DNA from: an uncultured Trueperaceae bacterium
Lineage (GTDB): Bacteria > Deinococcota > Deinococci > Deinococcales > Trueperaceae
DNA length: 64,000 nt
Direction: 5' to 3'
Assembly (NCBI GenBank): GCA_963783895.1
Contig: CAWAPF010000009.1
Coordinates: 15,128 to 79,127, forward strand
Position numbers and translations under genes: made by a program. The notes beneath the pieces are model-generated. The model was given only the letters and a program-made list of their open reading frames with translations. It was not told where the DNA came from and ran no database searches. This document shows, in pieces, positions 25,271 through 35,080 of the stretch (positions within the stretch are counted from its first letter, which is position 1; each line of letters starts with the position of its first letter).

Positions 25271-26580
25271 CGGGCGCTCGCCGCCTTTGCCACGTCCACA
25301 CCGGTGGGGACCATGGTCGTGGCGTCCGCGCCGAGCACGAGCTCCAGGTCCACGGAGCGCCCGCGATAGGCGTCGAGATGGTCCACCTGCTGCTTGCTGG
25401 CGTGGAGAAGCGAGGCGTAGTACTCGGCATCTCGCCAGCCGGGCAGCGTCGCCAGCAGCCGGCTGGGCGTCGGGTCGACAGTGCCCTCTTCGCGCACCAG
25501 GATATCCTTCGCGGGCACCCCCATCGCCTCCAGACGCTTCTGGAACCACGCGCCGAGTTGCGGCGTGCCGCTCCGGTTGGTGATCAGCAGCGTCGCCGTC
25601 GGCGCCTGGCTGAAGGTGCGCGGCGTGCCTCCGAAGGTGTCGGCAAGGAAGTGATTGACCTGTTGCGGATCGACCTTCAGCACCGTGCCGACGTCCGGGA
25701 TCTCGACCTCCTCGGTGGGCAGGGTGGCGGTCTCCTTGAGCTGCAGGCTGCCTACGCGCGACGCGAGCTGGCGCGCGAGCGCGGGGCTGGCGTTGGTCTG
25801 TACATCCTGGAAGAAGGTGTCGACCAGGCCCGGGACCTTGGTGACCGCCCGCACGTTCAGCTCCTTCACCTTCGCCATCAGTGCGTAGGCAAGGCGTTTG
25901 ACGTTGTCGAGGCGGTCGATGTCGCCGCGCAAAGTGTGGCGGTAGCGCACGAAGTCGGCCGCCTGCTGCCCGTCGATATGCTGCGGGCCTGCGGCGAAGT
26001 GGATGTGCAGGTTGCCCGCGTTGTCGTCGTAGTTCATGGCGTAGGGCACGTTGACGTTCACGCCGCCGAGGGCGTCGACGAGGTGCTTGAAGATATCGAG
26101 CTTGATGATGGCGTAGTAGTCGACCGGTACTCCCAGAATCGCCGACACGCGGCGCCGCAGCGCGTCGGGCCCCTCGCGCGCGAACACGCCGTTGATCCGG
26201 TAGCCGGCGTCGGACAGCCAGATGTCGCGCGGAAGCGCGATCATGGTGATGGCGTCGCCGGTGATGTCGACGTAGAGGATGGTGTCGGTATTGATGCCGG
26301 CGGTGCTGCGCGTGCCCTTGTAGTTCCAGCCGACGATCGTCCCGCCCTTGCCGTAGATCGGATCGGCCTCGGCCTTGGAGTAGAAGATGTCGCGGCCGGC
26401 GACCACGAAGCTGACGTGGAAGGCGTTGCCCTTGATGCCCAGGAGCTGACGCTGCTCACGGCTGAGCGGCGAGCGGTGCACGTCGCGGGTCAACCAGTAA
26501 CCCGCCAGACCGGCCAGGGCGAGGAGCACACCGGCCAGCATGAGGATACGCGCGTTACGAACGGTGAACAATCTGCTCAT
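25267..26580 (-). CDS. LytR-CpsA-Psr (LCP) family cell-envelope polymer transferase
   Basis: N-terminal TM anchor, then INTDTILYVDITGDAITMIALPRDIWL and VDYYAIIKLDIFKHLVDALGGVNVNV, with a C-terminal LytR_C-like region. The stop overlaps the rsfS start (ATGA). Confidence 0.85.
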   Translation of the reverse strand: MSRLFTVRNARILMLAGVLLALAGLAGYWLTRDVHRSPLSREQRQLLGIKGNAFHVSFVVAGRDIFYSKAEADPIYGKGGTIVGWNYKGTRSTAGINTDTILYVDITGDAITMIALPRDIWLSDAGYRINGVFAREGPDALRRRVSAILGVPVDYYAIIKLDIFKHLVDALGGVNVNVPYAMNYDDNAGNLHIHFAAGPQHIDGQQAADFVRYRHTLRGDIDRLDNVKRLAYALMAKVKELNVRAVTKVPGLVDTFFQDVQTNASPALARQLASRVGSLQLKETATLPTEEVEIPDVGTVLKVDPQQVNHFLADTFGGTPRTFSQAPTATLLITNRSGTPQLGAWFQKRLEAMGVPAKDILVREEGTVDPTPSRLLATLPGWRDAEYYASLLHASKQQVDHLDAYRGRSVDLELVLGADATTMVPTGVDVAKAASAR

Positions 26581-27151
26581 ACACCCTCAGGGTGGCGGGG
26601 TGGACGGCCTTCCCCTGGGAACGGAGATAGCGCACCTTCGACTCCACGGAGCGCGCATAGGCGGTGTCGAGATCCCTCAGGGCCAGGGCCCGGATGTCGT
26701 CGTTGACGCCCCGGCCCGGCTCGCACACGTCCGCGATATAGACGGCGACCCCGACCCGGTTGCCCGGAGCCACCCCGAAGACGTGGCCCTCGACCGCTTG
26801 CAGCACGTCCGTCTCGTGCACGCCCCAGCGCTCGGCGATCACGCGCGCGGCGCGTCCGTGCACCGACAGCGGGTGCCCTTCCTCCGTGGCGTTCTCGGGC
26901 GGGGCCAGCTCGAACAGCTCCTCGGAGGAAAGGTCCCGCGCGGCGTCGTGCAGCACCGCGGCAAGGCAGACTGCTTCGATCTCGGACGGGGTGAAGTGGT
27001 TGGCGCTGGCGATCGACTCGGCCAGCCTCGTCACGCGCAGCACGTGCTGGAAGCGCTCCGCGGAGACCATCGCTCGCACCTGCACGCAGTACGCGCTGAG
27101 CTCGGGACGGCTACAGAGGTCCGTTTCGGGCAGCGGATTGGGTTCGGCCAT
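26555..27151 (-). CDS. yqeK: HD-domain bis(5'-nucleosyl)-tetraphosphatase, YqeK family
   Basis: RFQHVLRVTRLAESIA...AAVLHDAARD...HGRAAR..., in the conserved obg...yqeK-rsfS neighbourhood. Confidence 0.85.
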   Translation of the reverse strand: MAEPNPLPETDLCSRPELSAYCVQVRAMVSAERFQHVLRVTRLAESIASANHFTPSEIEAVCLAAVLHDAARDLSSEELFELAPPENATEEGHPLSVHGRAARVIAERWGVHETDVLQAVEGHVFGVAPGNRVGVAVYIADVCEPGRGVNDDIRALALRDLDTAYARSVESKVRYLRSQGKAVHPATLRVYEQIVHRS

Positions 27152-27318
27152 CGTTCCTCGGTTCGTCGCAGGGACGGTCGCGAGCGCCTCCGAGCGCACC
27201 CGGTCACCCCCGACCGCCGGCTGGCGGCACCGACCATTCAACCACACGAAGGTGAGAGGCTGCGGTCGGTCGGCCGACGGCGAGGGCGCGCTCGCGACAC
27301 GCCCCTGGCGAGCACCCG

Positions 27319-28605
27319 TCACCCTTCCGCGTCGGGCGCGCCTTCCTCTTGCTCTTCGGAGAAGTACTCGAACACGGCGTCGCCGATACGCACGTCGTCG
27401 CCGTCCCGGGCGCCCGAGCGCTTCAGCAAACGGTCGATGCCGTAGGTCTTGAAGTAGCGCTGCAGGTAGTTCACGGCCTCGGCGTTGGAGGCATCGAAGC
27501 GGTCGACGAGCGCCTCGATCTCGCTGCCGCGGACCACCCAGCCCTCGCCGCTGGCGTCGCGTCCGACCTCCAACGCACGGACCTCCACGCGCCGTTCCGG
27601 TGCCTCCCGCCCCACCGCTTCGGGCCGCGCGGGCAGCACCGCGAAGAGCGCCGCGACGAGGTCGCCCAGCCCCGCGCCCTCCAGCGCCGACACGCTCACC
27701 ACCGGCAACCCGGCCGCGCTCAAGGCGCGCTCGGCTTCAGCCACCTCCGCGGGCGCCGCCAGGTCGGTCTTGTTCAGCGCCAGTAGCGCCGGACGCTCCA
27801 GCAGCCCCGGGTCGAAGCTCACCAGCTCGCGGCGCAGCGCCTCCAGCGTGGCCATGGGATCGGACGCGATGTCCAGCACGAAGACGAGCAGGCGGGTGCG
27901 CGAGATGTGCCGCAGGAAGTCGAGTCCCAGCCCCTTCCCGAGATGGGCGTCCTCGATGATGCCGGGGATGTCGGCGATGGTGAAGCGCTCCATGTCCCGC
28001 TCCACCACGCCCAGGTTGGGGCTGAGGGTGGTGAACGGGTACTCGGCGATGACCGGTCGCGCGTTGGAGAGCGCGGCCAGCAGGCTCGACTTGCCGGCGT
28101 TGGGGTAGCCCACCAGCCCGACGTCCGCGATGGTCATGAGCTCGAGCCGCAACCGGCGCCGCTCCCCCGCGGTGCCGTACTCGGCGAAGCGCGGGGCCTG
28201 ACGCTGAGCACCGGCGAAGGAGGCATTGCCCCGTCCTCCGTCACCCCCTTGCGCCACCTGCACCGTCTGGCCGACCGTGATCAGGTCGGCCACCAGCTCG
28301 CCACTTTCGAGGTCGACCGCGGTGGTGCCGACGGGGACCTCGAGCACCAGGTCCTCACCGCCCGGCCCGGAGCGATTGCGCCCCTCCCCCTGCTGACCGG
28401 TGCCCGCCTTGTAGCGACGGCGCGGCACCAGCCGGTCGAGCGAGGAGACGTCGTCGATCGCCCGCAGGTAGACGCTCCCGCCGGCACCGCCGTGGCCGCC
28501 GTCGGGGCCTCCCTTGGGTATGTACTTGAGGCGCAGGAAGGACAGGGCGCCGTCGCCGCCCTTGCCTCCCTCCACCGTGATGTCGAGCACGTCTCGAAAG
28601 GGCAT
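27319..28605 (-). CDS. obg: GTPase ObgE/CgtA
   Basis: Obg fold [34 protein letters not shown] domain [22 protein letters not shown], and a C-terminal OCT-like domain. Confidence 0.95.
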   Translation of the reverse strand: MPFRDVLDITVEGGKGGDGALSFLRLKYIPKGGPDGGHGGAGGSVYLRAIDDVSSLDRLVPRRRYKAGTGQQGEGRNRSGPGGEDLVLEVPVGTTAVDLESGELVADLITVGQTVQVAQGGDGGRGNASFAGAQRQAPRFAEYGTAGERRRLRLELMTIADVGLVGYPNAGKSSLLAALSNARPVIAEYPFTTLSPNLGVVERDMERFTIADIPGIIEDAHLGKGLGLDFLRHISRTRLLVFVLDIASDPMATLEALRRELVSFDPGLLERPALLALNKTDLAAPAEVAEAERALSAAGLPVVSVSALEGAGLGDLVAALFAVLPARPEAVGREAPERRVEVRALEVGRDASGEGWVVRGSEIEALVDRFDASNAEAVNYLQRYFKTYGIDRLLKRSGARDGDDVRIGDAVFEYFSEEQEEGAPDAEG

Positions 28606-28629
28606 CGCTCACTCCCGTAGGCCCCAGCA

Positions 28630-28662
28630 GCGTGGGCGCGGCCATGCTGGCCGCGCCCACGC
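28630..28662 (-). promoter_or_regulatory. 14-bp perfect stem-loop in the rpmA-obg intercistronic spacer (candidate attenuator or processing site)
   Basis: GCGTGGGCGCGGCC-atgct-GGCCGCGCCCACGC. No U-tract follows on the - strand. Confidence 0.4.
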
Positions 28663-28667
28663 ACCAT

Positions 28668-28697
28668 TTCGTCGCACTTACCTTCGTCGCACGTACC
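28668..28697. repeat. 15-bp tandem duplication x2 (ttcgtcgcacKtacc)
   Basis: Units at 28668-28682 and 28683-28697 with one mismatch, just downstream of the rpmA stop. Confidence 0.8.
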
Positions 28698-28716
28698 GCC
28701 GTGCCGATGGAGTCGG

Positions 28717-29016
28717 TCAGTCCGCCGGGATCGCCTCGTCCGCGCCGGACCCCGCTGCCGCCTGCTCCGCCTCGACGCGGATGAAGCGGCCCTTGCGACC
28801 CTTGTCGGCGAAGCGCACCACGCCGTCTCTCAGCGCGAAGAGGGTCCAGTCGCTGCCGACGCCGACGTTCAAGCCGGGCTTGAACTTGCTGCCCCGCTGC
28901 CGCACCAGGATGTTGCCGGCGCTGACCACCTGTCCGTCGAAACGCTTGACGCCCAGCCGCTTCGACTGGCTGTCGCGACCGTTCTTGGAGCTGCCTACGC
29001 CTTTCTTGTGAGCCAT
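28717..29016 (-). CDS. rpmA: 50S ribosomal protein L27
   Basis: Begins [40 protein letters not shown]. Confidence 0.97.
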   Translation of the reverse strand: MAHKKGVGSSKNGRDSQSKRLGVKRFDGQVVSAGNILVRQRGSKFKPGLNVGVGSDWTLFALRDGVVRFADKGRKGRFIRVEAEQAAAGSGADEAIPAD

Positions 29017-29039
29017 CTCGCTCTACTCCTTCGGTGTGC

Positions 29040-29345
29040 TCAGCCCTGGATCTTGGTGACCCGGACGTCGGTGTACGGCTGGCGGTGGCCGCGATGGCGG
29101 CGGTAGTTGTTCTTCGCCTTGAACTTGTAGATGTCGATCTTGGGCCCGCGACCATGGCCGATGACCTCGGCCTTGACCGTGGCGCCGTCGACGTGGGGCG
29201 TTCCGACCTTGACCTCGTCGCCGCCGAGCAGGAGCACCGGGAGCTCCACCGTCTCGCCCGCCTCGACGGCGAGCTTCTCGACGCGCACGACGTCACCTTC
29301 CGCGACGCGGTACTGCTTGCCGCCCGTTCTCACGATTGCGAACAT
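29040..29345 (-). CDS. rplU: 50S ribosomal protein L21
   Basis: Begins [25 protein letters not shown] and contains [30 protein letters not shown]. Confidence 0.95.
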   Translation of the reverse strand: MFAIVRTGGKQYRVAEGDVVRVEKLAVEAGETVELPVLLLGGDEVKVGTPHVDGATVKAEVIGHGRGPKIDIYKFKAKNNYRRHRGHRQPYTDVRVTKIQG

Positions 29346-29517
29346 CGTCAACCTCCCGCGGCCCGCGCCCTCAGCGGGTCGGCCGCCTCACCTGCACCTG
29401 CATCGGGTGCGCCTTCCACCAGCACGCGCCGGAGCCGCCCCTCGCAGGACCGCCCGGCGCCGATCAGCGCTCGATTCAGCGGAGGCGGCCCCTCGGGCGC
29501 CATCCACCAGAACCGCT

Positions 29518-29546
29518 ATTATAGGCGAGGCTTCCCGCACACGCAA
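29518..29546 (-). promoter_or_regulatory. Candidate rplU-rpmA-obg promoter: TTGCGT-N17-TATAAT
   Basis: Perfect TATAAT on the - strand (29523-29518). This predicts a GC-rich leader of about 165 nt. Confidence 0.4.
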
Positions 29547-29564
29547 GCGGCGGCGCGCCAACGC

Positions 29565-29570
29565 TACAAT
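29565..29570 (+). promoter_or_regulatory. -10 TACAAT lying 9 nt upstream of the thioesterase ATG (possibly a leaderless mRNA)
   Basis: The sequence is acgcTACAATcaccctgccATG, with no SD. Confidence 0.3.
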
Positions 29571-29579
29571 CACCCTGCC

Positions 29580-30101
29580 ATGCGCGAGCCCCACCACTCC
29601 GCGAACCTCCGCGACCGCGCGCCGGCCGAAGAGGTCGAGCGCTACCTCAACGAGCACATCCCGCTGGCGCGGGCGCTCGGCGCCCGGGTGGAACGCTACG
29701 ACGCTCGCGAGCTGCGGGTCTCCGCGCCGCTGTCGCCCAACCTCAACCACCGGGACACCGCCTTCGGCGGCAGCCTCTCGGCGCTGGCCATTCTGGCCGG
29801 CTGGGCCAGGGTGGCCTTCGACCTGCGCGCTGAAGGTGTACGCGCGCACGTGGTCGTCCAACGCAGCACCGTCGACTTCGATGCACCGGTTCAGAGCGCG
29901 TTCGAGGTCCGCATCGCGGCCCTCGACGAGGCCGTCTGGGCCACGTTCCAACGCACGCTGGCGAGGCGCCGCAAGGCGCGCATCGTTGTCCAGGGCACGC
30001 TGCTGGCCAACGGGGAGCCGGTAGCCCGCTTCGACGCGCGCTACGTGGCGCTCTCCGGCGACGCCGGCGCCGCTTCCTCCCGACCGCGCTCGAAGAGGTA
30101 G
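29580..30101 (+). CDS. Hotdog-fold thioesterase, YiiD C-terminal domain-like
   Basis: [49 protein letters not shown] matches the YiiD_C pattern as I remember it. Confidence 0.65.
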   Translation: MREPHHSANLRDRAPAEEVERYLNEHIPLARALGARVERYDARELRVSAPLSPNLNHRDTAFGGSLSALAILAGWARVAFDLRAEGVRAHVVVQRSTVDFDAPVQSAFEVRIAALDEAVWATFQRTLARRRKARIVVQGTLLANGEPVARFDARYVALSGDAGAASSRPRSKR

Positions 30102-33100
30102 AACGCCGCCGGGACCACGAAGAACGTGAGCAGAGCCGAGACCAGGATGCCACCGAGCATCACCAGGGCGATGCCGTGGTTGAACTCCGATCCCGCGCCG
30201 CGGCCCAACAACAGCGGGAAACTGATGACCAGCACCGTAAGCGTCGTCATGACGATGGGGCGGAAGCGCAAGCCGCGCCGACTCGACCATCGCCTGCTTG
30301 AACGGCATCTTGCCGATACGCTCGACCACGAACTCCAGGTAGAGGATGGCGTTCTTCGCCGACAGGCCGATCAGCAGCAACATCCCCATGAGGCTGAAGA
30401 TGTCGAGCGACTGGCCCTGCACCACCAGGAACCACACCGCACCGGCCACCGCCAGCGGCACCGGCAACAGCAGATAGATGGGGTAGCGGAAGGAGTTGAA
30501 CTGCGCTCCCATCACCAGGTAGGCGAGCAGCAGTGCCAGCGCGAACACGCGCGGGCCCAGGGTACCGAGCTGCCGGGACAGCCCGGCGCGACCGAAGCTG
30601 TCGCCGGCGCCCAGCGTGACGTGGCTGTCCAGCACTCCGGCCTGGGTGAGCTGCTCGGTGATCTGGCGCTGGAACTCGATCGGGCTCGGCGCATCGGCGC
30701 TGGGCGTGATGGAGAAGCGCGCGCTGTACAGCCGGTTGCTGCGGCTGATGCTGATCGGCGCCTGCCTCTCGACGATGGCACCGAGCTGGCTGATCTGGAG
30801 GTTGGTGTGCAACGACGGCGCGTAGATGGGCAACGACAGAAGCGACTGCGCGTCGTGGAGGTAGGTGGGATCGAGCTGGACGACGATGCTGTCGCTCTCG
30901 CCACCGGTCTGCACGGCACCGGCGGTGCTGCCGCCGGTATAGGCGCGCAACGTCTGCGCGACGCTGTTGGCGGAGATGCCGGTGCCGGAGAGCAGGTCGG
31001 GATTGGGCACGAACACGGACTCCGGCGAGGACTGCTGGTTGCCGGCGTCGACGCTGAGCACGTACGGGTTCCCCGACAGCACCGCCGACACCCGTTGCAG
31101 GCGCTGGTTGAGCAGGGCGTAGTCGGTCGACAGCAGGTCGAACGACACGGCCGAGCCCTGGCCGCGGAAGCCGCCGCCCGTGCGCACGAACACCCGGGCC
31201 CCGGGGATGGCGCTCGCCGCGCTCTGCAGCGCACCCTGGTACTCGGCGCCGAGCGCGTAGATGCTGGGCCGCTGGGTAACGGGCACGAGCTGTGCTTGCA
31301 CGCTGACATCGTTGCTGCTCACGCTCGTCTGAACGGTGCGCACCGCCTTCTGCGCCAGCAGGTAGCGCTCCACGTTGCCGGCCACCTGGTTGGCGGCGGC
31401 CAGGGTGGTACCGGAGGGCAGCCGGGCGCCGATCTGCATCAGGCCGGAGTCGGTCTGCGGCACGAAATTGAGCGACACCCTGGGGCCCACCACGAACAGC
31501 GTGAGCGCCAGGAAGGCGCCCGCGCCCAGAAGGACCAAGGCGCTGAACGGGAGCATCCGTTCGAGCAACGCGGCGTAACCGTCGCGCGTCCTGCGCAGTC
31601 CCGCCTCGGTCCAACCGTGCAGGGTGGTCGTGAGCGCCTCCAGCGTCGTGAAGACCGCCCTCACCAGATAGGCCAGGACCATCAGCGCCGGCGGGTAGAG
31701 CACCAGCGCGAGCAGGGACAGCGGGGACGCCAAGCGCCACAGAGCGTAGGCGCCGGCCGCCGCCGCGAGCAACCCGAGCGGCCGGCGCCAGGCGCGCCAG
31801 CCCCAACGCACGGCGTCGCCGAAGGCGACCAGGCTGCGGCCGGCGTCGCGCCAGCCGCGGGGCGGCGCGTCGCCGATGTAGGCCATTCGGACGGTCAGGA
31901 ACAGCAGCGCCTCGAGCCAGGAGAGGAACACCGCGGCCGCCAGCCCCAGCCCGAACTGACGCAGGTAGGCGCCGGCGAAGCCGCCCATGAAGCTCACCGG
32001 GATGAGCACCGCCAGGATCGACAGCGACGCCGCCGTGACGGCGCCGAACACCTCGCTGGCACCGCGCAGCACGGCGGTGCGGCGGTCCATGCCCATCGCC
32101 CGGTAGCGCTCCACGTTCTCGGCAACCACGATGGAGTCGTCGACCACGATGCCGATCGCCACGATGAGCGCCAGCAGCGACACCTCGTTGAAGGTGAAGC
32201 CCATCAAGCCGTAGAGCACGGGCGCTGCGGAGAGCGCGATGGGGATGGCCAGGATCACCGTGAAGGCGGTGTTGAGCCGCCCCAGGAAGAGCAGCACGAT
32301 GATCGCCACCACGATGGCGGTGATCCACAGCTCGTGGAAGGTGGAGTGCACCGACGCCACGATGGGGCCGGTGGTGTCGTTGCTGATCGTGACGCTGTAG
32401 CCGGTGGGCAGCACGGTGCGCTTCAGGTAGGCGCGCACGCCGTCCGCCACGGCCACGGCGTTGCTTCCCGACGCCTGCTGCACCGACAGAAGCACCGCCG
32501 GCTTGCCGTTGACGCGGGTGTAGGAGTTCGCGATGGAAGCCTGCTGCACCCGACCGAGATCCTGCACGCGGACGTTGCGGCCGTTGTCGACCACCATGGT
32601 GGCGATGTCCTGCACGCCGGTGGGCTGGGTGCGGGTGGAGAAGGTGAGGACGTCGTTCTGGCGCGTGATCGAGCCGATCGGCTGGTTGACGATGGATGCC
32701 CCGATGGCCTGGCTGACCTGCTGCGGCGTGAGGTTGTAGTAGCTCAACTTCGCGGGGTCGAGCAGCACCTGGTAGCGGCGACTCGAGCCGCCCGAGACGT
32801 TGACGTTGGCCACGCCGGGCACCAGTTGCAGGGCGGGAACGAGGATGTTGTTGGCGTAGGCGTAGACGTCGTCCATGTTGGCGCCGTTGCCCTGCAGGCC
32901 CAGCTCCAGGATGGGCTGCGCGTTCGGATCGAAGGTCCGCACGATCGGTGAGTTGGCGTCGCTGGGGAGGCCGCGCAGGGCGGCGACCTGCGCCGCCACG
33001 GCGTTGGCGATGGCGGCCTGATTGGTGTCGGTGCCGAACTGCAGGATCACGCGGCTCGAGCCGGTGCCGCTGTTCGAGCTGATGCTGGTGATGCCGCCCA

Positions 33101-33401
33101 CGGTCGAAACCGCGGACTCCACCACCTGCGTGACCTGCTGGTCCACCACCGCCGGCGACGCACCGGGGTAGCTGGTGCTGACCATCACCACGGGGATGTT
33201 GGTGGTGGGCAGCAGATCCACGCCCAGGCGGCTGGTCTCGATCAAGCCGAAGACGACCACGCCCACGAAGATGCCGATGGACAGCACGTAGCGCGCCACC
33301 GACAACCCCACCAGCGGGTTGACGCGCGTGGCAACCACCGCGCCGGCCTCTTCGCCCTCGGCCCGCGACGCAGCGGGTTCCCGCTCGTCCTCGCCCATCA
33401 C
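30041..33401 (-). CDS. RND efflux transporter (AcrB/HAE1-like), operon 1; 1-nt frame disruption near 30269, about 75 codons before the true end
   Basis: 12+ TM RND architecture. The tracked ORF reads ...AMVESARL then junk through to 29388. The conserved end [22 protein letters not shown]...[16 protein letters not shown] is in another frame (ORF 30041-30271). Confidence 0.9.
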
Positions 33402-35080
33402 TGGCCTCCGCCGGCAGGCGGAGCCCCGCTGCCGCCGGTGGGACCGCCCGCGGGGGAACTACGACGGCCTGAAGGGGCCGTCCCGCCCGGCGCGGCACTG
33501 CCCGGTACAGCCGCGGAAGGTGCAGCCGTGCCAGGTGCCACGCCGCCGGCGGCCCCGCCACCGTTCGGGGCGCCCGCTCCCCGTGCGCTCCGTGCCGGGG
33601 GTGCGCCGCCGTCGCTCGGAGCGCCACCGCCCGACCCGCTGCCGGCCGCCGTGCTGACCTCGGAGCCGTCGAGCAGCCCGGGTGGGGGCTGATCGATGAC
33701 CGTCGCCCCCGACGGGACTCCGCTGACGGCTGCGTCGCTGCCGGCCTGCGCCAGGATGGTCAGATCGGTCTGCACCGCCTTCCCGCCCTCGATCAGGAAC
33801 ACGAAGGTATTGGTGCCGTCGTTCTGGATGGCGCTGATCGGCACGAGCGTGGCCGTGGCCAGGGTGACCCGGTAGGGCACGGTACCCACGACGCCGATGG
33901 CGAGCGAGCCGGCGGAGCCCCCCGTCGCACCGGACGCGCCCCCGGACGCGCCGCCCGTCGGCGCGTCCTGTGCAGTGGAGTTCTGTGCAGTGGAGTGCTG
34001 TGCAGCGGAGTCCTGTGCAGTGGCGTCGAAACGGGCGGTGACCGCGACCCCCTGGTTGACGGGGACGCCGGGCCGCTGGGTGACGGTGATCGGGTACTGC
34101 GCCACGCCGGTATCGAACGACAGTCGCGTGCCGGAAGGGAACGCGGCCGCGTCGGAGGGCGGCACCGACATCTGCACCTGCCGCTGCGCGCTGACGACCG
34201 TCGCCACAGCCGTGGACGGCCCCACGTACTCGCCGGGGGCCACGTTGAAGGCGGCGATCTGACCTGCGAAGGGAGCGCGGATGGTGGCGTTCGCGAGGTT
34301 CATGTCCGCCTGCTTCACGCCGTTCTGGGCCTGCGATACGGCCAGCCGCAACTGCTGCAGGCTTCCCGTCTGGGCACGCTGGTTCTGCGACGCGTTGTTC
34401 TCCGCCGAGGTGACGTTCGCCCGGGCCTGGTCGAGCTGACTCCTGGCACTGTCCACGCTGGACTTCGAAGTGCCTCCCAGCGCGTAGACCTTCTGCGCCG
34501 AGGCGTAATTCGCCTCAGCCGCCGACAGCGCGGACTTGGCTGCCTCCAACTGATGGTTGAGCTGCGCGACCGCCTGTTCGGTGTTCGTCTGCTGCGTGCT
34601 CAGATTGATCTCCGCGTTGCTGAGCGACGTCTTGGCGTTGGCGAGGGCCAGTTCCAGGTTGTCGGTGGCGAGCTGCATGATCGGCTGCTGGGCCTGGACC
34701 TCATCCCCCGCGGCCACCAACAGCGTCTTCACGGCGCCGCTGGCCTGCGCCGCCACATTGCTCTGCATCACCGCGGCCACCGTTCCGGTCGCGGTGCGGT
34801 CGGCCACCAGCGGGCCGGTCTTCACCGTGACCGCCTGTACCTCGACGGTAGCGCCGGTGCCGCCGCCCCTTGCGAACCCGCCACCCGGGGCGCCTCCCGC
34901 TCCGCCGCGCGAGAACCCGCCGGCGCCGCCGCGTGCGCCGCCGGGAAACGCTCCACCGGGTGCGGCACTGCCGGCGCCGCCGGCCCCGGCGGGGACGATC
35001 GTGCTGCCCCGGAGCGCGTAGCCGCCGAAGCCCGCGGCGACCACCAGCACCATCAGGAGCGCCCAGCCGCGGGCTCTCAC
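33398..35080 (-). CDS. RND efflux periplasmic adaptor (membrane fusion protein, HlyD family), operon 1
   Basis: N-terminal TM anchor, lipoyl/coiled-coil/beta-barrel pattern ([16 protein letters not shown]...[13 protein letters not shown]). Gly/Ala-rich low-complexity N- and C-terminal regions. ATGA overlaps on both sides. Confidence 0.85.
   Translation of the reverse strand: MRARGWALLMVLVVAAGFGGYALRGSTIVPAGAGGAGSAAPGGAFPGGARGGAGGFSRGGAGGAPGGGFARGGGTGATVEVQAVTVKTGPLVADRTATGTVAAVMQSNVAAQASGAVKTLLVAAGDEVQAQQPIMQLATDNLELALANAKTSLSNAEINLSTQQTNTEQAVAQLNHQLEAAKSALSAAEANYASAQKVYALGGTSKSSVDSARSQLDQARANVTSAENNASQNQRAQTGSLQQLRLAVSQAQNGVKQADMNLANATIRAPFAGQIAAFNVAPGEYVGPSTAVATVVSAQRQVQMSVPPSDAAAFPSGTRLSFDTGVAQYPITVTQRPGVPVNQGVAVTARFDATAQDSAAQHSTAQNSTAQDAPTGGASGGASGATGGSAGSLAIGVVGTVPYRVTLATATLVPISAIQNDGTNTFVFLIEGGKAVQTDLTILAQAGSDAAVSGVPSGATVIDQPPPGLLDGSEVSTAAGSGSGGGAPSDGGAPPARSARGAGAPNGGGAAGGVAPGTAAPSAAVPGSAAPGGTAPSGRRSSPAGGPTGGSGAPPAGGGQ
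33966..34025. repeat. In-frame 15-bp tandem repeat x4 inside the MFP-1 gene (encodes AQxS[AT] pentapeptides)
   Basis: The units are tcctgtgcagtggag / ttctgtgcagtggag / tgctgtgcagcggag / tcctgtgcagtggcg. Confidence 0.85.

Noticed and set aside
29388-30040. A ~215-codon C-terminal extension of the RND-1 ORF, running antisense through the thioesterase gene.
   Set aside because: It is read-through caused by the 1-nt frame disruption at about 30269. The sequence is junk (Arg/Gly/Pro-rich), and the true conserved C-terminus is in the 30041-30271 frame.
30041-30101. A 61-bp convergent overlap between the thioesterase 3' end and the RND-1 3' end.
   Set aside because: It most likely reflects low-complexity, poorly constrained C-terminal tails on both proteins. 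I found no structure or motif suggesting a functional antisense interaction.
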